42,096 nt of DNA from an uncultured Dehalococcoidia bacterium (GTDB lineage: Bacteria > Chloroflexota > Dehalococcoidia > SM23-28-2), in the NCBI GenBank assembly GCA_964354065.1, contig CAYGYF010000001.1, forward strand, positions 1 through 42,096, written 5' to 3'. Of this stretch, positions 1 to 7,458 are shown piece by piece. Under the pieces are notes generated by a model that was given only the letters and a program-made list of their open reading frames with translations, had not been told where the DNA came from and made no database searches. The translations under genes were made by a program, and so were the position numbers. The first letter of the stretch is position 1; each line of letters starts with the position of its first letter.

Positions 1-116
1 GCTTCGCCTGGTAGTCCGCGTAGAGGGGCGCACGCTTCGCCTGGTAGTCCGCGTAGAGGGGCGCAAACTTCGCCTGGTAGTCCGCGTAGAGGGGCGCACG
101 CTTCGCCTGGTAGTCC
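1..116 (-). repeat. 33-bp tandem repeat, about 3.5 copies, in-frame coding repeat
   Basis: Units at 1-33, 34-66 and 67-99, plus a partial unit at 100-116. Units differ at only 1-2 positions. 33 bp equals 11 codons in the minus-strand frame of the 1..454 CDS. The array may continue beyond the window. Confidence 0.9.
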
Positions 117-454
117 AGCTCGGCGATCCCCGTCAGCAGTAGCGACGGTGCTTGTTCCTCGCGGCGCGGGGGCCCGGCATGGGACACGAACTCGATCAAC
201 ATATCTGCGTCGGCCCAGTGTTCCGCTGCGAATGCCCGCAGTAGTGGGGCACACGCCGGCCCCAACTTCGCCAGCACCTCCTGCTCCACACCTCCATAGC
301 CCCATCGTCGGAACTCAAAGTCGTACTCTGCCTCGCAGAACTTCTCGGCGGGATACTGCTTCGAGGCCAGCAGGCGAAGCGCGGAATGACTGCGGACGCC
401 ATCCTGTCGATAGACTCGCCGTTCACTGACCAGTACCGCTCCCAACTGACACAT
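1..454 (-). CDS. hypothetical protein, C-terminus cut by window edge; ends in 11-aa tandem repeat (RAPLYADYQAK)n
   Basis: Absent from the ORF track because no stop lies in-window. ATG at 454-452 is preceded by GGAGGAGGAGGTGAGGG (minus strand, about 459-475). I checked every triplet and the frame stays open down to nt 2. Codon position 3 is mostly G/C. Starts MCQLGAVLVSERRVYRQDG. Confidence 0.6.
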   Translation of the reverse strand, partial: MCQLGAVLVSERRVYRQDGVRSHSALRLLASKQYPAEKFCEAEYDFEFRRWGYGGVEQEVLAKLGPACAPLLRAFAAEHWADADMLIEFVSHAGPPRREEQAPSLLLTGIAELDYQAKRAPLYADYQAKFAPLYADYQAKRAPLYADYQAK

Positions 455-557
455 CAGTCCCTCACCTCCTCCTCCGGGCTTTGGGCACCCCTCGCGAGGC
501 CCCCGCGCCCTTGACAGCAGACTACGAGGTCCGTCACCCGGCACCGCCGGGGCTGCG

Positions 558-719
558 TCAACCCGGCGACGCCGGGGGAACGCCGAAGTCGATCGCCACT
601 CCGACACACGGAATCAGGAAGAGATAGAGCCGCCGCTTCGTGCGGTTGTAGTAGGCTCCGACCCACAAGTCGAACCAGGCCGCGACGATGAGAAACCGAC
701 CCCATCTGAACTCTCTCAT
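558..719 (-). CDS. small membrane protein (53 aa)
   Basis: Below the ORF-track size cutoff. ATG 719-717, TGA 560-558, GAGG a few nt upstream. Sequence MREFRWGRFLIVAAWFDLWVGAYYNRTKRRLYLFLIPCVGVAIDFGVPPASPG has two hydrophobic stretches around a basic loop. The start overlaps the stop of the upstream frame (ATGA). Confidence 0.55.
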   Translation of the reverse strand: MREFRWGRFLIVAAWFDLWVGAYYNRTKRRLYLFLIPCVGVAIDFGVPPASPG

Positions 720-1243
720 GGTGCCTCGCTTTCAGAGATAGCCGACCCGGCCGGGCCGCCGCGAAGGGCGCGCTGAATTGCTCCGCGGACGGCCCGGCCG
801 GGCGCCGAATGAGTGCGGCCGGCCGCGGGGTTGGGTCCTGCTCTGCGGGGTGCCGCGGCCGGCTGTGCTTCACCCTGATCGTGGAGGATGGGATGAATGA
901 TCGCCGAGGGGCTACTATCTCGCGTAGACTCGGTGCTGTTTGCCCGCGAGAAGAGGCCAGCAGCCGATGAGCACCTGTAAGCACCTGGCCCCTGCTCCCT
1001 GCTCTCGTCCCTACGCGACTGCGGATTTGCACTACCGCTCGCGCGCCTGCCCCGTGGGCTACCCTCACCCCTCGGCGAAAGATAACTGCGGCCGGGCCGT
1101 CCCGGGCCCGGCTTTGCGTCTGCCCCCGTCACAGCTCGATAGGCCCTCTCCTCTCGCTGTTGCAATGCCATTGGAGGCGCGACGGCTGGCTGCGATCCGC
1201 CATGGGACTGGACTGCGATTGTGGTGCGGGCCGCCGCGATCAT
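716..1243 (-). CDS. possible low-complexity (R/P/G/S/A-rich) protein, 175 aa; could instead be non-coding
   Basis: For: ATG 1243-1241 overlaps the HTH stop (ATGA), and its TGA 718-716 overlaps the next start (ATGA). Against: the product MIAAARTTIAVQSHGG... is low complexity. My hand count puts codon position 3 at only about two-thirds G/C, close to the non-coding expectation here. Confidence 0.3.
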   Translation of the reverse strand: MIAAARTTIAVQSHGGSQPAVAPPMALQQREERAYRAVTGADAKPGPGRPGRSYLSPRGEGSPRGRRASGSANPQSRRDESREQGPGAYRCSSAAGLFSRANSTESTRDSSPSAIIHPILHDQGEAQPAAAPRRAGPNPAAGRTHSAPGRAVRGAIQRALRGGPAGSAISESEAP

Positions 1244-1434
1244 GCCTCTGCCTTCGCCGCTCGCGCGGACAGCCGATTCAGCGCCGCGATATGCACGGCC
1301 ATGGGCCGCCGTTCCCCCCGGAGCCACCGCTCGACGGTGATCTGGTGGACGTGCAGGCGCGCCGCCAACTGCGCCCTGCTCCATCCGAGAGCATCGAGGA
1401 GAGCCAGTATATCGGGTCCTGACCACCGTGCCAT
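1240..1434 (-). CDS. helix-turn-helix transcriptional regulator (Cro/Xre-like, 64 aa)
   Basis: Internal ATG 1434 of track ORF 1240..1494 is preceded by GAGGTGG. MARWSGPDILALLDALGWSRAQLAARLHVHQITVERWLRGERRP has the classic HTH pattern (SRAQLAARL-hvhq-ITVERW). The gene has its own promoter. Confidence 0.75.
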   Translation of the reverse strand: MARWSGPDILALLDALGWSRAQLAARLHVHQITVERWLRGERRPMAVHIAALNRLSARAAKAEA

Positions 1435-1453
1435 TCCGACCACCTCGCCTGTC

Positions 1454-1482
1454 AGCATACACACCTGTACCACACCTGTCAA
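1454..1482 (-). promoter_or_regulatory. sigma70-type promoter with operator-like direct repeats
   Basis: Minus strand reads TTGACA (1482-1477), 17 nt, TATGCT (1459-1454), ending 19 nt upstream of ATG 1434. The direct repeat ACAGGTGTG (plus strand CACACCTGT) occurs at 1460-1468 and 1471-1479, 11 bp apart, covering the spacer and -35. A degenerate third copy lies at 1444-1452. Confidence 0.65.
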
Positions 1483-1493
1483 GAGATTTCTCA

Positions 1494-1525
1494 CGGAAAG
1501 AAGCCCCCGGTGGCGAACCGGGGGC
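1494..1525 (-). terminator. Rho-independent-type terminator after the lysis cassette
   Basis: Perfect 8-bp stem GCCCCCGG (1503-1510) / CCGGGGGC (1518-1525) with a 7-nt loop. On the minus strand it is followed by TTCTTTCC. It begins 29 nt downstream of the stop at 1554. Confidence 0.55.
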
Positions 1526-1553
1526 CGGGCCCCACACGATACTCGACGGCCTC

Positions 1554-1832
1554 CTACGGCTGCTTCGGGGCGAACCTAGTGACGAATGCCACGCCGAGCG
1601 ATCCCCACCACGCGACAGTGCCGACGACCAGAGCCTGCTCAATGGCCTGGGGTCGGGTCAGGCCGGCGGTGGCGAAGGCGTGGCTCGCCGCGATGCTGTA
1701 GGCGAGGATCGCCGCGACGAGCACGGTCCAGCCGCTACGCATCGTCAGGATCTGGGACTTGAGGCCGCCGACCGCGAGCATCACCACCGAGGCGATGACG
1801 GCCGCAGTGGCCAGGTACTGACCAATGTCCAC
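1554..1832 (-). CDS. three-TM membrane protein, holin-like (92 aa)
   Basis: Track ORF. Three hydrophobic segments (YLATAAVIASVVMLAVGGL, WTVLVAAILAYSIAASHAF, LVVGTVAWWGSLGVAFV). Last gene of the lysis cluster. Confidence 0.5.
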   Translation of the reverse strand: MDIGQYLATAAVIASVVMLAVGGLKSQILTMRSGWTVLVAAILAYSIAASHAFATAGLTRPQAIEQALVVGTVAWWGSLGVAFVTRFAPKQP

Positions 1833-1868
1833 GAGTCCGTCTCCTTTCTGGCGGTCTCTGCCGCCGCG

Positions 1869-2183
1869 TCACGAAAGGCCGAGAGCCTTCCGCACTTTCG
1901 CCAGCGCGCCGGTCATCGCCGCCAGCAGTGCCCGATCGACGCCGGCCTGCTGCTCCGAGGTGAGCGTGCGGCACACCTGCTTGAATGCCGGCTGCCGCTT
2001 CACGCTATCAACCAGCACCTCAGCGGTCGGCAGGAGCGCAGCGTACCTCTCCCGCAGGGCGGTGATGATGGCCGCCACCTGGTCATGCGTCTGCCCGGCG
2101 AACTGGTCGAGCACCGCCTGGAACGCCTTGAGCGCGACCTTCGGAACGCCGAGATCCAACAGCCTCTTGCTCAGGATCGACAT
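1869..2183 (-). CDS. hypothetical helical protein (104 aa)
   Basis: Internal ATG 2183 of track ORF 1869..2240 is preceded by GGGAGGA. Only 1 nt separates it from the endolysin stop codon (2185-2187). Starts MSILSKRLLDLGVPK. Confidence 0.6.
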   Translation of the reverse strand: MSILSKRLLDLGVPKVALKAFQAVLDQFAGQTHDQVAAIITALRERYAALLPTAEVLVDSVKRQPAFKQVCRTLTSEQQAGVDRALLAAMTGALAKVRKALGLS

Positions 2184-2184
2184 G

Positions 2185-2571
2185 CTATCCTCCCCACTGC
2201 ACGTGACAACCCTCGCCTGCCCACGCGGTGCCGCCCGCATAGTCCCGCAGGCCTAGCTTCAGCGCCTCCTGCCGGAGCGCCACGTAGAACTGCGGCCACT
2301 CCCACCCGCGGCGCGTGCTGATGATGTCGGCCGCCTTGCCGGGGGTGTGCCGACTCCGATGAATCCACGTCACCGGCTTGCGCTTAAAGTCGTGGGTCCG
2401 GCCCACGCCATAGAGCCAGTCCTGCCGCTCCTGCGTCCGCCGCGCCTCGTACAGTATCGGGTCGAATCCACGCCCCACCATCGCGGCGAGCAGGGCCTCC
2501 ACCTTCGCGCGAAAGGGTGCCCAGAGCGAGGCGAGGTCGGTCTGGCGTTTCGGTTCGGGTAGTGTGGCCAT
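2185..2571 (-). CDS. endolysin, peptidase M15 (VanY / L-Ala-D-Glu peptidase-like zinc peptidase)
   Basis: Track ORF. SRHTPGKAADI (H-x6-D) plus a C-terminal CHVQW histidine match the LAS/M15 zinc-binding pattern. Flanked by small membrane proteins. Confidence 0.8.
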   Translation of the reverse strand: MATLPEPKRQTDLASLWAPFRAKVEALLAAMVGRGFDPILYEARRTQERQDWLYGVGRTHDFKRKPVTWIHRSRHTPGKAADIISTRRGWEWPQFYVALRQEALKLGLRDYAGGTAWAGEGCHVQWGG

Positions 2572-2574
2572 TAT

Positions 2575-2754
2575 CTACCTCCTCATCAGCACCGCGATCA
2601 CGCCGCCTAGAATCGTCAAGAAAATACCCGAGACGATCTTCTCCAGGCGATTCAACCGTCCCGTGCAAACCGGACATCGTTCCCGCAGAATGGTGCAAAG
2701 CTTTGCCACCTCCACGGTCAAGTCGCCTACCTGCCGTTCCAGTTCAGTCGTCAT
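2575..2754 (-). CDS. small tail-anchored membrane protein (59 aa), holin/antiholin or spanin-like
   Basis: Below the ORF-track cutoff. ATG 2754-2752 with GGGAGA upstream; TAG 2577-2575 lies 3 nt before the endolysin start. Sequence MTTELERQVGDLTVEVAKLCTILRERCPVCTGRLNRLEKIVSGIFLTILGGVIAVLMRR has a coiled N-part, a CxxC and a C-terminal TM. Confidence 0.55.
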   Translation of the reverse strand: MTTELERQVGDLTVEVAKLCTILRERCPVCTGRLNRLEKIVSGIFLTILGGVIAVLMRR

Positions 2755-2779
2755 CGTTCACTCTCCCGGTCGAATGTCG

Positions 2780-3712
2780 TTACTGCCCTGCGCGCCAGGC
2801 CGCGATGCCCGGCTGGTATCTCCGCACGTCCAAGTCCTTCGCGTACAGCTCCACGTAGGAGGAGCCGTAGGTGCGCGTCGCGTAGTTGAGGCCATCAGCC
2901 GGTGTGCCGGTCGCCTTGCTCGGATCGCGGAACGGCGCGCACCAGGTCTGCAGCGCCTGGAACCGCACAGGGATGCCATGCTGCGCGGCCCAGGTGAGCG
3001 CCGCGGCGTAGGATGGAATCGGGGTGCTGGTCCCGAGGTTGTCGTTGTAGAGCGAGACCCGAGGGATGGTCGCCAGAGACTGCACCGCCACCTGCCACAA
3101 CGGAGGTGTCGAGGTGCCATCGTTCACCGCCCACGTGCCGATCGTCAGGTCCGTGCCGGGGAAGGCGGCGCCGGCCGCTGCCACCGAGGTCACCGCCGCG
3201 CCGATGAACAGGTCTCGCGTGTAGCCAGGGATGCTCCTGATCTTGCCCGAGGTGTCCGTCTCCCTGATCGCGCCCCAGCCCGGCACCTCCACATTGAGCA
3301 GCACGATCCTGGCCCGCTCGGTGCTCGTCATGTTGCCGGCGATGGCCTTGAGCATCTGCGCCCACCGCGCCTGCATAGTAGCGTCCCAGGGCGGGGGGAC
3401 GCCGCTGCGGATAAGGTCCGAGGGTTCGCCGGGAGTGCCATCATCGCGGGTCATGCGGATGATCACCGCCAGGGTCTGGCCCTTCGGCAGGCGCGGCAGG
3501 ACGCCGGTGATCGGCGTGCAGTCGTACCGCTGCTTGCCGGGTTCGAGCCTCAGCCAGGAGAGCCGCAGTACCGCACCGTCGGCGTTGCTCCGCACCTGCA
3601 GGCCCTGGTAGTTGTCGAGGGACATGATCGTCCGCGCGTCGGCGGGACTCACCACCACCAGGGCGATCAGCGCCGCCAGGATCGCCAGGAACAGCCAGTA
3701 GGTTCGCTTCAT
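2780..3712 (-). CDS. secreted protein with signal peptide (310 aa); possible glycoside-hydrolase-like enzyme
   Basis: Internal ATG 3712 of track ORF 2780..3859 overlaps the upstream stop by 1 nt. MKRTYWLFLAILAALIALVVVSPADA looks like a cleavable signal peptide. The enzyme-fold idea is only an impression from alternating beta/alpha-like segments. Confidence 0.6.
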   Translation of the reverse strand: MKRTYWLFLAILAALIALVVVSPADARTIMSLDNYQGLQVRSNADGAVLRLSWLRLEPGKQRYDCTPITGVLPRLPKGQTLAVIIRMTRDDGTPGEPSDLIRSGVPPPWDATMQARWAQMLKAIAGNMTSTERARIVLLNVEVPGWGAIRETDTSGKIRSIPGYTRDLFIGAAVTSVAAAGAAFPGTDLTIGTWAVNDGTSTPPLWQVAVQSLATIPRVSLYNDNLGTSTPIPSYAAALTWAAQHGIPVRFQALQTWCAPFRDPSKATGTPADGLNYATRTYGSSYVELYAKDLDVRRYQPGIAAWRAGQ

Positions 3713-4128
3713 CACTGTGCCTCCTCTCGCGTCGGCTCCGGCTTTCCATCGCCGATCGCTAGCCACACCTGCGCGAGCACAAGGGGCCCGCCATAGGTCG
3801 GCCCCCGGCCCATGGGAGGCCGCGGGCCACCGTTGTACCGCGCGGCCTTCCGCAAACATTCCAAGGTCTGGGTCCCCGTCTGGTAGTCTACACCCGCTAC
3901 CATCGCTCTGGCAATGTCGTCGCCCACCACTCGCATAGCGATGATGTCCGCGGGCTCGGGCGGCGTCTCCCCGCTGCCGAGCAGATTCAGCAACACCCGC
4001 CCGAGGGTGAGCTGTTCCTCCGGCGGACGCTCCAGGCCGTGCTCATCGAGCAGCACCACGTCTGCCCCGCCGAACTCTTTGATGCGCTCGTTCACTCGGA
4101 TCGTCATCGTCGCATCGGGTCCCGCCAT
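3712..4128 (-). CDS. hypothetical protein (138 aa)
   Basis: Track ORF. GAGGAGG lies 5 nt upstream of ATG 4128. Confidence 0.6.
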   Translation of the reverse strand: MAGPDATMTIRVNERIKEFGGADVVLLDEHGLERPPEEQLTLGRVLLNLLGSGETPPEPADIIAMRVVGDDIARAMVAGVDYQTGTQTLECLRKAARYNGGPRPPMGRGPTYGGPLVLAQVWLAIGDGKPEPTREEAQ

Positions 4129-4210
4129 GATCTCCTCCTCGCTCTGCTGTATTCTACGCCGCGCCTGGCGTCATATCTAGTTGCGTCGCTATAGTGAGGA
4201 GAGGTGTCAC

Positions 4211-4444
4211 TTACGGCTCTACCTCTTTGACTGGCTCAGGCGCGAGAGCTTCCTTCAACACTGCGATCTCGGCAGCCTGCGCGGTCACAAGGTCGTCCAT
4301 CTCTTTCCTCATGTCATCGAGCGAGAGGGGTGCCGGCGCGTCCAACGCGGTGAGTTCAGCTCGCAACCGATCCATGTAGATGCCGGCCTCCTGCCAGATT
4401 GCCGTTGCCCTGTCCATCTCAGCGATGATTTCATCTTTGGTCAT
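4211..4444 (-). CDS. hypothetical acidic coiled-coil protein (77 aa)
   Basis: Track ORF. Composition looks coding (MTKDEIIAEMDRATAIWQEAGIYMDRLRAELTAL). Confidence 0.6.
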   Translation of the reverse strand: MTKDEIIAEMDRATAIWQEAGIYMDRLRAELTALDAPAPLSLDDMRKEMDDLVTAQAAEIAVLKEALAPEPVKEVEP

Positions 4445-4459
4445 GACACTCTCTCTTCC

Positions 4460-5275
4460 TCATGCTGCTGCCACTATGCCGCACCTCTCCAGTCGGGTGA
4501 GAAGTACGTTGAACTGCGCCACTACGTCGGCGAGCGCCCCACTGGCATCGGCGACGTGGGCAGGCTGCGCCACCGGAGCAACATTCCAGAACCCGATTTT
4601 CTGAGTAGTCGCCGTTCCGACTTTCATGCCAGTCGTCGTATCGGTGACGATGTTTCGTGCACTCAAGGTGATGCCGTTGGCATCGATCAGAGCGTAGTTG
4701 GTAGTGGCCCCCGAGTCCTTGAAGGCAAACGTATTGCTGGAACTCCGGAGAGCAAAGTCGGTGGCATTGTGAGCAATCCATGCCCAGTTAGTACTGTTGT
4801 TGTTGATGATGCCACTCGCGGCGTATACGCCCAGACGCGTCGTCGATCCCCCGTCTATATAGACGGCCGCGTTGACGTAGATTCGGCTCTGGTAGGAGTT
4901 CGGAACCAAAGCGCCCACCGCCCCCAAACTGGTCGTCAGGTGGAGATGATCAAGGGTCGGACCGGCATCAGTCGTCACGTCTTGATTGATGGCGGAATTC
5001 GCTTCGACCGAGATAGTCCCGACCCGACTCGCGCCCGCCCGCGCGTATTGGATATGATCATCGTCCGCGAGTCCGATCAGAAGATCGTGCGAGTGGGTAT
5101 GGGTTGGCACCACCCCGGATGGCACCGCGCCCGAGGGTTGCGGGCGCGCCCCATAGTTGGGCGGCGGAGCCATGAGGCCGCCGCCTATCCCGGCCCGGCC
5201 ACCATCGGATACCGACAGGCCGATGCCTGCGAATCGAGAGCGCCCCCTGGTTGCCGGAGTCAGGTTTCGTCTCAT
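4460..5275 (-). CDS. tail fiber protein
   Basis: ATG 5275 overlaps the upstream stop (ATGA). The HTHSHDLLIGLADDDHIQY motif and the C-terminal TQKIGFWNVAPVAQPA segment are typical of phage fiber proteins. Confidence 0.7.
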   Translation of the reverse strand: MRRNLTPATRGRSRFAGIGLSVSDGGRAGIGGGLMAPPPNYGARPQPSGAVPSGVVPTHTHSHDLLIGLADDDHIQYARAGASRVGTISVEANSAINQDVTTDAGPTLDHLHLTTSLGAVGALVPNSYQSRIYVNAAVYIDGGSTTRLGVYAASGIINNNSTNWAWIAHNATDFALRSSSNTFAFKDSGATTNYALIDANGITLSARNIVTDTTTGMKVGTATTQKIGFWNVAPVAQPAHVADASGALADVVAQFNVLLTRLERCGIVAAA

Positions 5276-7458
5276 GGGTAGGACACCGCGCACCAGTCAG
5301 TATAGCACTGCGGCTTGCCGCCGCCCCAGTGGTGCTGCAGGGCCACCACCCCGAGGCGGGTAGCGATGCCCAGCGAGAGGCCCGTGAGGGTAACCAGATC
5401 CCGGCGCACTGCGGTCTCCTCCCCGATCGTGCGCCACTCCGCGTGATCACCGACTCGCTGGGGCATGGTGTCGTACATGATCACGGCGATGCTATCGCAC
5501 TGGGCCTGTGTCACCCAGCCAGAATCCTCGAATCGCTCTAGGCGTCGGTAGCCGCGGAACGAGGCCGCGCCGGGAGTGCCCTCGGCGGCGAGATCGGCCT
5601 GGTAGGAGGTCAGGGCCTGGCCGTCAGCCATACGGCCGTGCACCTCGACGCCGGTGTAGCCGAAGCCGTGGCGTCGCACGATCTTGGGCGGACTGCTATC
5701 GAGTACCCCGGTTGCCGCAATCGTCCAGGCGGTGACATTCATCTCCATGATGTCCCGCGCCCCGATGACCCCATCGGCCCCCAGGTAGACCTCCTGCTCG
5801 GCGAACCGCAGGACCCGCTGGAGGAAATCGTAGCCATTCTGCCCGGCCTGCGCCTTCCACAGCGGTTCCTCGGGCCGCCCCTCCGACAGCGTGGTGCCAC
5901 CGCACGAGGCGAACAGGCAGCGGGCCGCAGGCCATCCGAGTTTCGCCACGATGTGCAGGGCAGCATCCTCCGCGTCCCACCCGTCCATCACCGGCCAGGC
6001 CTCGTCGCATTCGGACTGCCGCAGCCGCGTGGTGGCGTCGACGATCCCGAGCGAGACCCGGAGGCGGCCCTTCGTCAACTGCGCCACGGAGGTTTCGGCC
6101 ACATAGCCGCTGATCACCACCACGACGGCCTCGGAGTCATCATCGTATTTCCACCCGAGGGCCAGGTCAACGAAGCGCATTTCGTGCGCGTCCGCGAAAG
6201 CGCCGAGCGCGTTCACTCCCCACCAGCAGTCAAGGCGGGCCGAAGCGGTGTCCCCCTCCTCCGGGAGATCCACGTCGATCTGCTCGATCTGGGTCGGGTA
6301 GATCTCCGCACCGGCGCCGCCCACGGTCCCGACCGTCGGGCCGAAGTAACACCCGGCCGCGTAGAGTTCGGGGAAGTAGGGGAAGTGGTATGCCAGGGCC
6401 GGGTCGCCGGTCTGCGGCACGGCGCCGGTCGCCGGCGCATAGCCCCACGTGAAGGTCGCGGTCAGCTCGACGTCATCGGTCCCGGAGTGATCGACGTTAT
6501 CCACCACCAGATCCGGGGAGAGGTCCGGACCCGTGATCGGCGTCGGAATCCACTGCCGAGACTGCACGGTCGGCAGGCCCGCGCGCACTCGATCCGCGGT
6601 CATTACGGGAGAGCCGAGGGCAAGGACCGTGCTTGGCGAGGCCAGGGCCGGCACCGGGCCAGCCACGCCGAGGAAGGCGAAGCTCAGTTGGCCACCGCGA
6701 TGGACGACGGCGAAGTGTCCGCCGGCGTCCGGCCAACAGTTCCCGTCCGCGGGATACCAGAGCCAGGCGCCGCCATTGGCCCGCACCGCGATTCCGCCGC
6801 CAACGTGGATGATGAGCAGCTCAAGGGTTTCGCCCACCTTGCCCGGTGCCGGCCATCGCCAGCCGGTGTTGCCGATAGGGGTGATCACCACCGGCCCTGC
6901 CGACGCGTCGCCGAGATGTGCGGAGCCATCCTGCCACACCTCCAGCCAGTACACCCCATCAGCCCAGGACACCGCGATATAGGGCGGGTCCGTGGACTGG
7001 TTCCATGCCTCGGGAAGGCCGAGCGCCTCGAAGACCACCGCGAAGTTCGGGGCCTCGGGATGGGTGAATGTGCTGGTGAGAGTGCCCTCGGCATCGAGGC
7101 AGTGCACCACGTCGTATGTGCCAGAGAATGCCGGGCGCGTCTCCCAATCCCCCTCCGTCTGGTCCCAGAGGTTGCCGCCGCCCTCTTTCTCCAACCGCGT
7201 GTTCTGCATCTCGACCAGCGGCCGCGGAATCGTGATGGTCTGATTGCCGAGTTGCAGAGTCTCGAAGGCCGAGACCGGCAGAGTGTCTACGTCCGTCGCC
7301 CCATACGAGAACCCCTGCGGATCGACCCAGGGCACCCGGCCATCCGCGTACTCGGCCATGGTGCAGTACCACGCCCAGCCGGGATCGGTCGAGTAGCCGT
7401 CGTACCCCTTCGGGTAGACTCGCAGGCGGGCGAGGGGGACATTGCGCGTGAGGAGCAT
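5272..7458 (-). CDS. large tail/baseplate protein, hub-like C-terminal half (728 aa)
   Basis: Track ORF, contiguous with the upstream gene (7459). The C-terminal segment LWKAQAGQNGYDFLQRVLRFAEQEVYLGADG resembles the gpD/gp27-type hub motif. Its position is among tail-tip genes. Confidence 0.55.
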   Translation of the reverse strand: MLLTRNVPLARLRVYPKGYDGYSTDPGWAWYCTMAEYADGRVPWVDPQGFSYGATDVDTLPVSAFETLQLGNQTITIPRPLVEMQNTRLEKEGGGNLWDQTEGDWETRPAFSGTYDVVHCLDAEGTLTSTFTHPEAPNFAVVFEALGLPEAWNQSTDPPYIAVSWADGVYWLEVWQDGSAHLGDASAGPVVITPIGNTGWRWPAPGKVGETLELLIIHVGGGIAVRANGGAWLWYPADGNCWPDAGGHFAVVHRGGQLSFAFLGVAGPVPALASPSTVLALGSPVMTADRVRAGLPTVQSRQWIPTPITGPDLSPDLVVDNVDHSGTDDVELTATFTWGYAPATGAVPQTGDPALAYHFPYFPELYAAGCYFGPTVGTVGGAGAEIYPTQIEQIDVDLPEEGDTASARLDCWWGVNALGAFADAHEMRFVDLALGWKYDDDSEAVVVVISGYVAETSVAQLTKGRLRVSLGIVDATTRLRQSECDEAWPVMDGWDAEDAALHIVAKLGWPAARCLFASCGGTTLSEGRPEEPLWKAQAGQNGYDFLQRVLRFAEQEVYLGADGVIGARDIMEMNVTAWTIAATGVLDSSPPKIVRRHGFGYTGVEVHGRMADGQALTSYQADLAAEGTPGAASFRGYRRLERFEDSGWVTQAQCDSIAVIMYDTMPQRVGDHAEWRTIGEETAVRRDLVTLTGLSLGIATRLGVVALQHHWGGGKPQCYTDWCAVSYP

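Noticed and set aside
1-116. Considered whether the 33-bp repeats could be a CRISPR array.
   Set aside because: The units are directly adjacent with no spacers. They lie in-frame within a gene that has a clear start and RBS. This is a coding tandem repeat.
454-1642. Track ORFs 454..1068 (204 aa) and the upstream part of 716..1642 (308 aa).
   Set aside because: 454..1068 is Arg/Pro-rich, overlaps the small membrane ORF, and has no RBS. The 1244-1642 part of 716..1642 overlaps the HTH gene, the promoter/terminator and the holin-like gene. Only the 716..1243 segment was kept, at low confidence.
4185-4200. The minus-strand sequence CCTCACTATAGCGAC in the 82-bp gap upstream of gene 3712..4128 resembles the T7/SP6-type promoter core (CTCACTATAG).
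   Set aside because: Only about 10 nt match, and no single-subunit RNA polymerase gene is visible in the window. The motif occurs once. A TAGAAT hexamer (4156-4151, minus strand) nearby is an equally plausible ordinary -10. Likely a chance resemblance.
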